A stretch of DNA of 64,000 bases, taken from a virus. Below the pieces are notes generated by a model that was given only the letters and a program-made list of their open reading frames with translations, searched no databases and was not told the DNA's origin. Below, one piece after another: positions 25,938 through 37,200 of the stretch (positions are counted from its first letter, which is position 1; each line of letters starts with the position of its first letter). The stretch is from positions 1 to 64,000 of IMG/VR virus record IMGVR_UViG_3300009157_000016. One strand, 5' to 3'. Position numbers and translations under genes: made by a program.

Positions 25938-28900
25938 CCACTCTTCGAGACCTCGAATATCAGATCGCGGCAAACACGGACGGCCTCAACAAAGCCTTCC
26001 CTGTTCTGGACAAGCTTGTCAAGTCGCTTGAGAAGCTTGAAACGACTGTTGAGAAGCTCGCGCAGAGCTACGATCAGTCCATGAACCAGATGGCGCGGTC
26101 AACCGTGACCGCGCAGGCTGCGACGACGAGGTCGGCGAACTCAAACCGCCAGAGTATGCGGAAGCAGGCGGACGCCGTCAAGGACATGAAGGTTCGCGTG
26201 GACGAGCTGAACGCCCGTCTACGCACGAACAACCTAACAAGCTGGATGGGCGGGACAACCCGCTCATTCACATCCTTTGAGCGTGCCATGAAGAGCGGCA
26301 CGCTGAGCGCCTATGACTTCCAGCGTGCCAAGAAGCGCCTGACTGATACGCTCGGCCGTGCCAACACCGCCTTGCGCGAGACGGAACGGAACCACCGGGC
26401 TGCCGCTTCTGCTGTGCGTATGGGCGACACTCAGATGATCCGGCAGGAGAACACGGTTGACCGGCTAAGGCACAAGTACGAGGACACTCAGGCGGCGCTC
26501 CAGAAGTACACGCGGTCGATGGATCCTGCCATCATGCAACGCCTGCATACCGCGTTCCAGCAATTGAACACGGATATGACCGCTGGTCCCATGTCCGCGC
26601 GCAGGTACGCGGCGGCGCAGCGCGATTTCAACAATGTCATTCGTCAGACCTATGCTGACGCGAAGGTCACGCATCCTATCTTGCGGCTGCTCGGCTCGGA
26701 AGTGGACGACCTGACAAAGGCCGTTCAGGTCGCTCTTGGCCCGCTCTCCGGCGTCGCTTCCCGTATTACCGCCACCGCTGCATTGTTCAAGACGAACGCT
26801 GCGGCTATCGCGTTCATGATCTCTGGCATCATCGCTCTAGGTGTCGGCTTCGGCATGGCCGTCAATGCTGGCGCTCAGTGGGAGCAAGAACTGCTCCGCA
26901 TTGACGCGGTGCTCAAAGCGACAGGACGTTCGTCCGATGGCGCTGCCGACACTTTGGATAGGCTGGCCGGTGAAATCGGCCGACTGACTTCCGCTACCGA
27001 CAATCAAGCGCGTGCCGCCATTGCGAACCTCCTGACGTTGGATAACGTTACTTCGGACCTCTACAAGGGGGCGTTGCTTGCCGCGCAAGGCTTGAGCCTG
27101 ATCGGCCGAGGCACGCTGGAGTCACAAATCCGCCGCGTCGGTAAGGCGCTGGATGATCCCATCAACAACCTGACTGAGCTCGGTGAGTCCGGCGTGTTCT
27201 TCAACGCTACGGAAAAGGAGACGATTGAGATCCTGCAAAGGAGCGGCAAGCTCCACGACGCACAAGCGCTTGTCATGGCGAAGCTGTCCGACGTCACTGC
27301 GGCGGCCACGGGTGAGACGGGCGGCCTTATGGGCGCTTGGCACCGGCTGACTGAGTCGCTGGACGACTTCCTGACTGAGTCCGTTGCCGCGACTGGTGTG
27401 CTCACGACCTTGACCGCTGGCCTCAACGAACTGACTGAGGACTTCGAGCAGCTTAACCGGGACATGGACCTCGCGAGGAACATCGGCAGTATCTTCTACT
27501 ACTCAATGGTCATCCTTGGCGGTGTGCTCAAAGTGCTTGCCACGCATCTTGACACAGTTCTGATGCTGCTTGGCGGGTTCATCACGCTAAAGATCGCGAC
27601 GTGGGTTCTTGCCGCTGTCAAGAACTTTAGATTGCTGATTAGCGCGATGGGAATGGTGGCGGCGCAGGCTGCCATCATGTCTCGTGTCTTGGGAGCTACC
27701 TATCTTGGCCTAGCCGCCGCTGCCGTTATGGCGATTACTCGCATCGTAACGTCGCAGAAGATTCTATCTGCTGAGACGTCTACGTTTGCGAACGAACACA
27801 CGCGGGCGTTTGATCAGGTTCGCAAGAACTACGAGGACTCCATCAACGCTACGTCGCGGTTTGGAAGCTTCCTTGACGAAGTTCTCAACAGCACCGTTCT
27901 GGTGTTCGGCAAGTCCGTCAATGAGATGCGCTTCGACCGGGTGATGAACAATCTCCATGATCTCATGGAGAACGTGACCGGACTGGTCCAGTCGCGGGCT
28001 CTCAAATTCATCAACGCGCCGGAACTCAATCCTTCGTCACAGGAGAAGCTTAAGGAACAGTACCGGACGCTCGTGCAAGCTATTGTCGCCATGCAGTCCG
28101 AGTTCTTGCGGGCGGCGCGTGAAGGCACGACCCCTGACATTGATCCCGCGCCTCTGGAGAACGCTCTCAGGGTGCTTGAGACCATTGGCCTCGAGCCGAC
28201 CATTGAGAACGTCAAGCAGCTTGAGACGGTCATGGAGGCGCTCAATCGGGAGTATGCGCCACTACTCGAGCATATGCGGAAGACCGGAACTATCGCCGAC
28301 TCGCTGAACGCGCCGCTGCGCCAAGCGCTGGACCGCTTCACGCAGATGCGGGATCAGTTCATGCCGTTCATCAAGGACGAGAAGCTGGCCGGTGCCAGCA
28401 TCACCGACCTGACAGACAACATTGAGAAGATGCGTGAAGCACTTCGTCAGACCGGCGACCTTGAGGGATTGGCTCTTCTTGACGACATGCAGCGTGTCGT
28501 GGAAGAGAACGGCACGGCCGCGCGCAAGTTTGTCAGCGACTTGGGCCGCCAGACGAAGGCTATGGAACGGTCGATCAAGATTGCCGGCGCGTTGGGCAAG
28601 GAACTGTATGACCTAACCCTTGCTGAGGAGATCAATCAGAACGTCTTGTCGCAATTCCCCACGCTTGGTGAGAACTGGCGCGACACGATGAAGTTCCAGA
28701 GTGAGGAGATCCGCAAGCAGATTGAGGCGATCATCGCCCTGACGACTGCTATGGCCGGTTTCCGGCAGCAAGCCGCTCAGGTGACGATGCAGAAGGATCT
28801 CACTGAGGAACTGGCCCGCCAGTCCAGCGAGCTTGGGAACATTGGCAAGTCCGATCGTGAGCGCGCCATCATTGCGGCTGAGCTCGCCAAGAAGCAGGAG

Positions 28901-31114
28901 ATGCTCAACAACAAGGTTGAGGAAGGAAGCGAGTCGTGGAAGGAACAGCTTCGCATTGTGCGGCAGTTGGTTGAGGTCGACTTCGCAACGCAGCAGGAAG
29001 AGGCGCTCATCGCGCTTCGTGATAATGTCAAGGTTCTCGAGCGTGGTGTCAGCACGGCGCGGGGCCTCACTGCCATCCATGACGAAGAGATTGCGCAGTT
29101 GCGTGACCGGCTAGAGCTGGAGCGCCAGTACGGCAAGGCGTCGGAAGAGGAACTGCAACTGCGGAAGCAGATCCGTACGCTGGAGCGGGCTGAGGCGCAG
29201 GAGCAGTCGATCAAGGCGCTGGGCGACGAGATCTTCCTCCTTGAGAAGCAGGTCCAGCTTGGCAACGCTTCCACGGCGGTCATGAACGAGCAGGTCGCGC
29301 AGTGGCGCGACATGATCGAGCTGGCGAACACCTATGGCGTCATCAGCGAAGAGGAATTGCAGCGCCGGCAGAAGATCCGGCAACTGAACATGCTGGTCCA
29401 GCACAACGCTGAGATCAAGGCTCTCCAGACGCAGCTTAGTTTGCAGGATGCACTGGTCGAGTCCTACTTCCAGTCTGAGACGACGCAGCGCCATATGCTT
29501 GCCCTGCGGCAAAAGGAACTGGAGCTGATTGAGAAGTATGGGTCCATGCAGGATCCAATGGCGCAGCGTGAGATGGCTCTGTTCAAGGCCATCCAAGACC
29601 GCGTGGCGTGGATTGAGCGTAACCTTGCGCCCATTGCGGACGCTTTTGATAGCATGTTCCAGAGCATGGAGGACGGGCTGGTTGAGTTCCTGTCCACCGG
29701 CAAGATGGACGTCGTGGCGTGGGGCCAGTCCTTGGCTGAGGACGTGTTCCGCACCATGTACAAGTCCCTTGTCACCGACCCGCTCAAAGATGCGCTTGGC
29801 GGTATGCTGAGCAACTTCCTGAAAGGCGGACTGCCGAGTATCCCCGGTCTCGGTGGCGGCCTAGGCGAGCTTGGCACCATGAACAATCCCATGTGGGTTC
29901 GCGTGTCTGGTGGCATTCCCGGTCTAGGCGGGGCTGCGAATCCTCTTGCTGCGGCTACTGCGTTGACTGGAACTGCCGCTACCGCTGCGACTGCGGCTGC
30001 GGCCGTTCCTGCCGGCGTCACGGGCGCGGGCAGTGCGGTGGATACGGCCACGCAGTTGATTGGCTTGAATGAGAGCGCGAACACGGCCCAAATCAACTCC
30101 TTCCTCAAAGCAGGCGGCGTGGACATCAACAGTGCTCAGACGGCATGGTGCGCGGCCTTCGTGAAATCCAGCCTTGCGCAAGTAGGCATTGACGCGCAGG
30201 GGGCAACTCTCACTGCTACGTCCTTCTTGAATGTCGGCACAGCGGTCAAACCCGAGGACGTTCTCAAGGGTGACATTCTTGTGCAAGCGCGCGGGCTGGC
30301 GGCCGGGCAGAGTGGAGGCCACGTTGGCTTCGCTACCGGCGCTACGCGCATGGCCGAATCCGGCTTGCAGCTTGAGATGCTTGGTGGCAATCAAGGGCCT
30401 ACCGGAATGGGAGGCGTGAGCAAACAGTGGATTGACGCGGCGGAACTGAACGTCCAGCGTCTCACGGCGTCCACCGAGTCGCTCGCCGGCGCTCAGACCG
30501 CTGCGGTCACTTCCTTGCAGACGGTTCCGGGGGCGGCCAACAGTCTCACGTCCTCTGTCAATACGCTGGCGACGGGAGCCGTTCCGGCCACGACGCAGGC
30601 CATGCAGCAAATGACCACGTCCGGCGTTGTGAGCGCCACGACGGGCATGACCACCACCGGCACCGCTGCTCTCACTACAGCGGCCAGTCTGAACGCCCTA
30701 GGGGCTGCCGCAGGCGGAGCGGCTATCAGTGCTCAGGCACAGGCCGCGATGGCGGCTGCTCCGATGGGCGGTCTCTGGCACGAAGGCGGTGTGGTTGGCG
30801 CAGGCGGTGCGCTAACATCGATGTGGACAGGTGGATTCTCAGGTCCGCGCCTAGCCAAGGGCCTCATGCCGGACGAATTCCGCGCCGTGCTGCATCGCAA
30901 CGAAGCGGTGTTCAACGAGGATCAGTTGAACGCGCTCGGCAACGGCCTTCGTGCGCGCAACGAATTTGATGACGACGGGCAGCCGTCAATGGGCGGTGAG
31001 AACCACTTCCACTTCCACGGCGTCAAGGACGTCAGCGGCTTCAACAAGAGCAAGTCGCAGATGGCGGCGTGGGCAGCGCAGGCGAACCGCAAAGCGGATT
31101 ACTACGAGAACTGA
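25934..31114 (+). CDS. tape measure protein with C-terminal TIGR02594/NlpC-P60-like peptidase domain
   Basis: 1726 aa, helical; VGKALDDPI motif; TAWCAAFV...GGHVGF...LGGNQ. Confidence 0.92.
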   Translation: MTTLRDLEYQIAANTDGLNKAFPVLDKLVKSLEKLETTVEKLAQSYDQSMNQMARSTVTAQAATTRSANSNRQSMRKQADAVKDMKVRVDELNARLRTNNLTSWMGGTTRSFTSFERAMKSGTLSAYDFQRAKKRLTDTLGRANTALRETERNHRAAASAVRMGDTQMIRQENTVDRLRHKYEDTQAALQKYTRSMDPAIMQRLHTAFQQLNTDMTAGPMSARRYAAAQRDFNNVIRQTYADAKVTHPILRLLGSEVDDLTKAVQVALGPLSGVASRITATAALFKTNAAAIAFMISGIIALGVGFGMAVNAGAQWEQELLRIDAVLKATGRSSDGAADTLDRLAGEIGRLTSATDNQARAAIANLLTLDNVTSDLYKGALLAAQGLSLIGRGTLESQIRRVGKALDDPINNLTELGESGVFFNATEKETIEILQRSGKLHDAQALVMAKLSDVTAAATGETGGLMGAWHRLTESLDDFLTESVAATGVLTTLTAGLNELTEDFEQLNRDMDLARNIGSIFYYSMVILGGVLKVLATHLDTVLMLLGGFITLKIATWVLAAVKNFRLLISAMGMVAAQAAIMSRVLGATYLGLAAAAVMAITRIVTSQKILSAETSTFANEHTRAFDQVRKNYEDSINATSRFGSFLDEVLNSTVLVFGKSVNEMRFDRVMNNLHDLMENVTGLVQSRALKFINAPELNPSSQEKLKEQYRTLVQAIVAMQSEFLRAAREGTTPDIDPAPLENALRVLETIGLEPTIENVKQLETVMEALNREYAPLLEHMRKTGTIADSLNAPLRQALDRFTQMRDQFMPFIKDEKLAGASITDLTDNIEKMREALRQTGDLEGLALLDDMQRVVEENGTAARKFVSDLGRQTKAMERSIKIAGALGKELYDLTLAEEINQNVLSQFPTLGENWRDTMKFQSEEIRKQIEAIIALTTAMAGFRQQAAQVTMQKDLTEELARQSSELGNIGKSDRERAIIAAELAKKQEMLNNKVEEGSESWKEQLRIVRQLVEVDFATQQEEALIALRDNVKVLERGVSTARGLTAIHDEEIAQLRDRLELERQYGKASEEELQLRKQIRTLERAEAQEQSIKALGDEIFLLEKQVQLGNASTAVMNEQVAQWRDMIELANTYGVISEEELQRRQKIRQLNMLVQHNAEIKALQTQLSLQDALVESYFQSETTQRHMLALRQKELELIEKYGSMQDPMAQREMALFKAIQDRVAWIERNLAPIADAFDSMFQSMEDGLVEFLSTGKMDVVAWGQSLAEDVFRTMYKSLVTDPLKDALGGMLSNFLKGGLPSIPGLGGGLGELGTMNNPMWVRVSGGIPGLGGAANPLAAATALTGTAATAATAAAAVPAGVTGAGSAVDTATQLIGLNESANTAQINSFLKAGGVDINSAQTAWCAAFVKSSLAQVGIDAQGATLTATSFLNVGTAVKPEDVLKGDILVQARGLAAGQSGGHVGFATGATRMAESGLQLEMLGGNQGPTGMGGVSKQWIDAAELNVQRLTASTESLAGAQTAAVTSLQTVPGAANSLTSSVNTLATGAVPATTQAMQQMTTSGVVSATTGMTTTGTAALTTAASLNALGAAAGGAAISAQAQAAMAAAPMGGLWHEGGVVGAGGALTSMWTGGFSGPRLAKGLMPDEFRAVLHRNEAVFNEDQLNALGNGLRARNEFDDDGQPSMGGENHFHFHGVKDVSGFNKSKSQMAAWAAQANRKADYYEN

Positions 31115-31123
31115 GGATGAGCT

Positions 31124-31771
31124 ATGGCATACCGCGACGCATTGTTCCCGACGGGGCTGGCCTACGGGTTCCGTGGCGGCCCCATGTTCAACACGACGGT
31201 CTTGGAGCTGGCAAGCGGCTTTGAGAAGCGGAACATCAACTGGAGCCAAGCCCGCGCTCAATATGACGTTTCGCATCTAGTCAAGAAGCCGGACACCTTT
31301 GCCGCGCTGCTTGACTGGTTCTTTGTCATGGAAGGCAGGGGCCACTCCTTCAAATTCTGGGACAACAAAGATGATACCATTACTGCGCAGTCGCTTGGTG
31401 ATGGTGACGGCGCGAAAACCGTCTACCAAATCTACAAAGAATACCGTGTCCAAGGCGTCTCCCAAGTCTTCACCTACCACCGCTGGATCACCAAAATCCA
31501 GCCGGCCCTCATCACCGGGGTCACGGTAGGCGGTGCGGCAAGAACTGAGAACGCGGTCGGTTCCACCGGTTTCACCGTAGACCGGAACACCGGCAAGATC
31601 ACGTTCAACAGCGCACCGGCACTGGACGCTGAGATCATCTTGGGCAGCGTGAAGTTCTACGTCCACGTGCGGCTCAACATTGACTACATGGACACGGAAT
31701 ACACGAATTGGGAAGCTATCTCGTGGGGTAGCATCCTGTTTCAGGAAGTCAGGGAGAAGGTCACCCCATGA
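31124..31771 (+). CDS. distal tail protein (DUF2460, GTA-like)
   Basis: GGPMFNTTV..LASGFEKRNINWS, GRGHSFKFWD, GDGAKTVYQ. Confidence 0.9.
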   Translation: MAYRDALFPTGLAYGFRGGPMFNTTVLELASGFEKRNINWSQARAQYDVSHLVKKPDTFAALLDWFFVMEGRGHSFKFWDNKDDTITAQSLGDGDGAKTVYQIYKEYRVQGVSQVFTYHRWITKIQPALITGVTVGGAARTENAVGSTGFTVDRNTGKITFNSAPALDAEIILGSVKFYVHVRLNIDYMDTEYTNWEAISWGSILFQEVREKVTP

Positions 31772-33855
31772 AGTCCATCTCAGGAGCAATGGCGGCGCAC
31801 CTCCTCGAGGTCACCACCACCCTTTGCAATTGCTGGCGGCTCACTCGCAAGGACGGTGTCGTCCTTGGCTTTACTGATCTGGACGCCGACCTTGTGATTG
31901 ACGGCCTGACCTATGCGTCGGAGACCGGCTTCTTCCGCAGTGCCATCACCAATAGCGCCACGGTGGCGGTGGGCAGCATGGAGGTGCGTGGCTTCCTTGA
32001 CAGCGAAATGATCACGGCCAACGACCTCAAGAACGGTCGCTATGACTACGCGGAAGTGGAAGTGTTCGCAGTCAACTACCGCGACCTTACGATGGGCGTG
32101 ATCCGGCTGCGCTACGGCTACTTCGGTGAGAGCGTCCGCTATCCCAGCGGTCTGTTCAGCATTGAACTTCGCGGCCTCACGCAACTGCTCCAGCAGAAGG
32201 TGGGAAGGACCATCGTGCCTGAGTGTGATGCTGACCTTGGCGATGATCGCTGCAAGGTCGTCCTCCAGCCGGAGGAAGTCCATCGCAATCACCAGTACAG
32301 CGTAGGCGATCGCGTACTCGTTCCTGTTGACGGCGTAGGCGTTGCGCGCCGGTTACCCTTGCTCAACCCGTCCTTTGAGGATGCATCTTCAAGCGCTGTC
32401 TTTGGCTGGAGCCTGACCGACTGCTTGGCGCAGAACTTGCCGCCCTACATTGCCAAAGAAGGTCGCGTCTACATCCTGCCTGAGGATGAGGAAGGCAAGG
32501 TTGAGCAGCTTGTGGATGAGAACGCCATTGGCGACACGACCACGCTGGCTACGTTCGTGTTCAACCAGTTCCAGCTTAATGCCGACTGGCAGGCGCGCGG
32601 CGTGGTAGAGATCCTGGACGCAGGCGGCCTTGTGGCGGTTACGAAGACCACCACGTGGGCGGCCACCACGCTCAATACGTGGGTTACAAGAACGCTGGAC
32701 TGCGACGACGAGGACATCACGCCCGGAGGCTTCCGCGTGCGGATCGAGTGGCGGCCTGATCCGGTGGAGCTTCCCACCGGGGCGGCGCAAATCCTGTTCG
32801 ATGATTGCAGCATCACGCACAACGGGACTGCGGAAGCCGGCGCAGCGCTCCAGTCACCGGGGTTCGAGCTGACCTATCAGGCTGACCTTGGCATCATATC
32901 TTGGGGCGGCGGCTTCGGTCCCGTCAGGCGTCTTGCCAACATCAACTTCCAGCCGTATGAGGGGGAAGCCTATCTCCTCATTAGCACGTTCGATGCCACC
33001 ACGCAGGTCGTGGTTTTCACTGACGCTGACGGCGTTGAGGAAGTGGACATTGACGCCGGCGAGTTCGAGGTCCAAGTCAAGGGCCGCGTGGGCGCTGAGG
33101 AGTGGGGATACGTCTATGAGGTACGGCTTGACTTCCTGACCGCCGCTGACGGCCTTATCTCAACGCTGACCACGGGTGAGATCGAAGTGCGCCCGGAGCG
33201 GGTGTGGCGGGACTTCACCTTGCGCGGCCCTGTGCCGGCCACGGCGCGCAAGGTCAGGGTGGAGCTGGATGGTGGACCGGGGCCGCGCAACACAAGCACG
33301 CGGCAGAAGGTGGTCTATGACGCGGTCTATCTTGACCTCTACGATTCCAACTATCAGGCGAACCGCTTTGACGCTTATGGCGGGATTGAGTTCGTGGCTC
33401 TCACAAACGGCTACACCGCCGGTACCCAGCCCACGTTCGACACGGACCTCGGGGATGAGACGATTGATGGAACGGTCGTGTGGGACGCCGTGGTGCCGAC
33501 ATTCACCTTCCTGGGAACAGTGGTGACCGTCACCGACCACACTCACTTTACCATCTCTGGCGCTGAGAGCGCCGTGGACCAGTGGTTCCAGTTTGGCATC
33601 ATTGAGTTCCTTGACGGTGAGAATGCCGGCCGCATGGTTGAGATCGTGTCGTGGGTCCAGTCCACGGGCGCGCTGGAGATTCTGCTTCCCATGCTGTGGG
33701 AGCCTGAGGTCGGCGACCTCTGCAAGGTCGTGGTAGGATGCGACAAGTCAACGGATATGTGCTTCACGCGGTTCAACAACATCCTCAACTTCCGCGGCTT
33801 CCCGGCAGTGCCGGGGACAGATGAGTACTTCAAGGTAGGAGGCGTTTCAACATGA
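31768..33855 (+). CDS. baseplate hub protein (DUF2163/BR0599) with large insertion
   Basis: CWRLTRKDGVVLGFTD, ECDADLGDDRC, GCDKS...C..RFNNILNFRGFP. Confidence 0.9.
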   Translation: MKSISGAMAAHLLEVTTTLCNCWRLTRKDGVVLGFTDLDADLVIDGLTYASETGFFRSAITNSATVAVGSMEVRGFLDSEMITANDLKNGRYDYAEVEVFAVNYRDLTMGVIRLRYGYFGESVRYPSGLFSIELRGLTQLLQQKVGRTIVPECDADLGDDRCKVVLQPEEVHRNHQYSVGDRVLVPVDGVGVARRLPLLNPSFEDASSSAVFGWSLTDCLAQNLPPYIAKEGRVYILPEDEEGKVEQLVDENAIGDTTTLATFVFNQFQLNADWQARGVVEILDAGGLVAVTKTTTWAATTLNTWVTRTLDCDDEDITPGGFRVRIEWRPDPVELPTGAAQILFDDCSITHNGTAEAGAALQSPGFELTYQADLGIISWGGGFGPVRRLANINFQPYEGEAYLLISTFDATTQVVVFTDADGVEEVDIDAGEFEVQVKGRVGAEEWGYVYEVRLDFLTAADGLISTLTTGEIEVRPERVWRDFTLRGPVPATARKVRVELDGGPGPRNTSTRQKVVYDAVYLDLYDSNYQANRFDAYGGIEFVALTNGYTAGTQPTFDTDLGDETIDGTVVWDAVVPTFTFLGTVVTVTDHTHFTISGAESAVDQWFQFGIIEFLDGENAGRMVEIVSWVQSTGALEILLPMLWEPEVGDLCKVVVGCDKSTDMCFTRFNNILNFRGFPAVPGTDEYFKVGGVST

Positions 33856-34268
33856 CACGCGATGAGATTGTCGCCGAAGCGCGCAGCTACCTGGAGGTCC
33901 ATTTCAAGCTGCACGGCCGCAGTCGTGTCGGCATTGACTGCATTGGCCTTCTCATCGCGGTGGCCAAGTCCTTCGGCCAGACGATTGAGGACCGGGTCGA
34001 CTACTCGCTTCGCAGCCCGTTCGAGGTAATGCTGAACAAGCATCTGCGGGCACACTGCAATCCTGCCCCCATCACGCCTATCCGGCATGGGCAGATCCTC
34101 AAGTTCCGGCAGTCGCAGATTCCCATGCACGTAGGCATCCTGACGATGGACGGCAGGGTGCCTACGGTCATCAACGCCAATCTGCGTAAGCGCAAGGTCG
34201 TGGAAGAGCCGCTGACCGAGTGGAAGAACTTGCTGATGGAAATTCGCGAGTTCAAGGGAGTCGTCTGA
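33852..34268 (+). CDS. NlpC/P60 tail-associated peptidase
   Basis: IVAEARSYL...GRSRVGIDCIGL...HVGI. Confidence 0.9.
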   Translation: MTRDEIVAEARSYLEVHFKLHGRSRVGIDCIGLLIAVAKSFGQTIEDRVDYSLRSPFEVMLNKHLRAHCNPAPITPIRHGQILKFRQSQIPMHVGILTMDGRVPTVINANLRKRKVVEEPLTEWKNLLMEIREFKGVV

Positions 34269-37200
34269 TGCAACTAGCTGTAGCCTTCGGCGCGCAAGGG
34301 CTTCTCAGCTCGGCCGGGTTGCTGCGGATTGGCCTTGGGGTCGGTTCCGCAGTTGCCATGTACATGCTTGGCAGCCGGGACAGTGAGAGCAACCGGCTCA
34401 ACGACCTCAAGGTGTCTTGCAGCACCTACGGGAAGGGTCTGCCCATTGTGTTCGGCACGATGCGCACGACCGGGAATATGATTTGGGCCACCGACTTTGA
34501 GGAGGAAAAATCCTACTTCGACTCCAAGGGCAAGGACATCACCGACAAGAAAAAGGCGGAGAAGAAGGGAACTGAGTTCTACGAATACTTCGCCAATTTC
34601 GCAATGGCCTTGTGTGAAGGTCCGGTTGATGAACTCCTGCGCGTATGGGCAGATGGGAACCTTATCTACGACAAGTACAACCCTGACAACGAGGACCTGG
34701 TCGGCCCCGGCTTCTCAACTGACGAAGAGGACGGCGGCAAGAGCGGCAAGACCGCCGGCAAGGGCAAGGGCAGTGAAGGCGGCGACTCAGGCCGCTTCGC
34801 TTTCCGCTTCTATGACGGCAGTGAGGAGCAGCTACAGGACCCGTTCATGGTGTCCAAGGAGGGCGTTGAGAAGGTCCCCGGCTACCGTGGTTGCTGCTAC
34901 ATCTTCTTTGAGCACTTCGCCCTGATGGACTTCGGCAACCGCTGCCCCACCATCACGGCCGAGGTCTCGGTCTTGAAGAAGCGGGCGGTCAGCTATGTCT
35001 ACGCCAAGCCCATCATGGATGAGGATGCGCCGCAGCCGGTTGACAACAATCTGGAAGACGCGGTGTACGTTGATCCCAATCGCTACCGCTGCTACGTGAT
35101 CAAGGACTCGGTGGAAGGCGGCCGGCTGGTTCAGGTCTACGACATCAGCACGCTGGAGGAAGTGACACGCGCCCGCATCACCGGCGAAGTGGACAGCATC
35201 CCGCAGTACAACGGCTTGGGCCAGTTCATAGGCTACGCGTCGCTCGACCTGGAGGCCCTGCATATCATTGGCGTCTCGGCCGAGGGTGATCTGGTAGGCG
35301 TGCCGGGCGGCGGCAACAGTCAGCCCATCGTCTTCCTTGATCCCAACACGTTCACTGCAAAGTTCGTGTTTGGTGCTTCGTCGGCCGACCTCAGCAACAC
35401 CGACTTAAGCATCCAGCACGCGGAATGGGCGGTGCCGCTTATGACGATGAGCGTGGACCCGGTGAGCGGGGAAACCACGCCTTACTTCGTGACCGGTATC
35501 ATCAGCCAGTTCGGTGACTTGGCGTTCTTCCAGAACGTCGGCGGGGTGTACAACTACACCTACCAGAACACTGCCATTCCCGGCAGCAGCCATTTTATCT
35601 TCCCCGGCCTGCCTGACGTGGACAGCTCGTTCATGTATGTGCAGACAGAAGGTAAGATCTATCGCTGCAACACGGTCGGCGCTCCCGTTGAAGGGACAAT
35701 GTTCGGTCAGGCTGACACAAGCGTCCTGATCTATGAGCCTACGCTGCTCCCGGCTGACATAAGCATCAGCGCGACGACTGTCCCGTCGGTGTTCGTGGGG
35801 GCTGAGTGCATTGGCTTCTTGGAGCAGATCAGCTCCAACGATCCGGCACGCGACGGCCTGTGGGCGGTCAAGCTGGACCCGTTTGACGGGACGGAACTGT
35901 GGCGCGGCAAGATCACCGACTCCAGCGGGTGGTACTACAGCGGCAGGATGCAGCAGACGCCTATCATCACCGGCAACAAGATCATGTGGCTGGGGCAGAC
36001 GGTGTCCTCAACCTACACCGTGTTCGAGGTGGACTACCGCACGCTGGAAATCAACAGCTTCATCCTACCCGAGGAGGGTTCCCCCAACGACGGCTTCGCC
36101 GGTCAGTTTCAGGCGTACTGGGCACCGGGCGGCTACATCCTGATTGGCGGCCTCATTGAGGATGGCTCTGAGTTTGACGGCGAGTGGTCAATCTTCCTTG
36201 CCAAGGTTGACAAGCTGTCTCAAGTGGCCGTGGGGGTGCGGGACATCTGCTCCGGCTTGTGTGAGCGCGTGGGCCTGCCGCCTGAGCGCTTCAATCTGTC
36301 GTCGCTGACGGACGACGAGATCATCGGCTACATCATTGAGGAACCGACCGGGGCGCGCAACGTCATTGAGGATCTGACGAAGATCTTCATGTTTGACGTG
36401 GTTGAGAGCGACTACGCGCTGAAATTCGTCACGCGCGGCGGTCCGTCCATCTTGACCATCCCGCAGGAGGACTTGGGCATCATCATTGAGGATACCCATG
36501 AGCCCTACAAGGAGACGACCGTCCAAGCCATTGACTGTCCCATGACGGTCAACATTGGATACGTCAACCCGGAGGAAGACTACAAGAACGGGATGCAGCA
36601 CTACAAGCGCCCGCGCAGCCCCATGCCGGTCATGCATTCCCGTGACGTGCTTGAGATCTCGTATCCTATGGCCATGACACCTGACTTCGCCAAGCAGACG
36701 GCGCAGAAGGTGTGCGTCAGCATTTGGGCAGAGCGCACGAACTACGACACGCTCCTGCCTTGGGAATACCTTGCCTACGACCCGGCTGACGTGGTGACGT
36801 TCGTGATGGATGATGGCTTCTCATTCGTCACGCGCTTGCTCAAGATGGACTTGGGCGGTGACTTCTCAATTGAGTCTGAGGCGTGCGGCTACCAGCCGGG
36901 CTCCTACAGCAGCGACATCCTTGCGGTGAAGCCCGGCCATACCTTCCCCATTCCCAGCCGGCCAGCGCCGGTTGTCTTCCCCATCGTGCTTGACGTGCCG
37001 TTCCTTAGTGACGGCGACGCCTCGGCGGGTGGTGGTGGCTTCTCATACTATTGGGGAGCGGGTGCCTACAGCCCCGGCCTCAAGTACGCTGCCCTAGAAC
37101 GGCGCGTGACACCGGGCGACTGGGAGCTTATGGACGCGACCAGCCATGAGGCTATCTACGGAACGGTTTTTGACACCGTGCCGCCGCCTCCCAACGGGCC

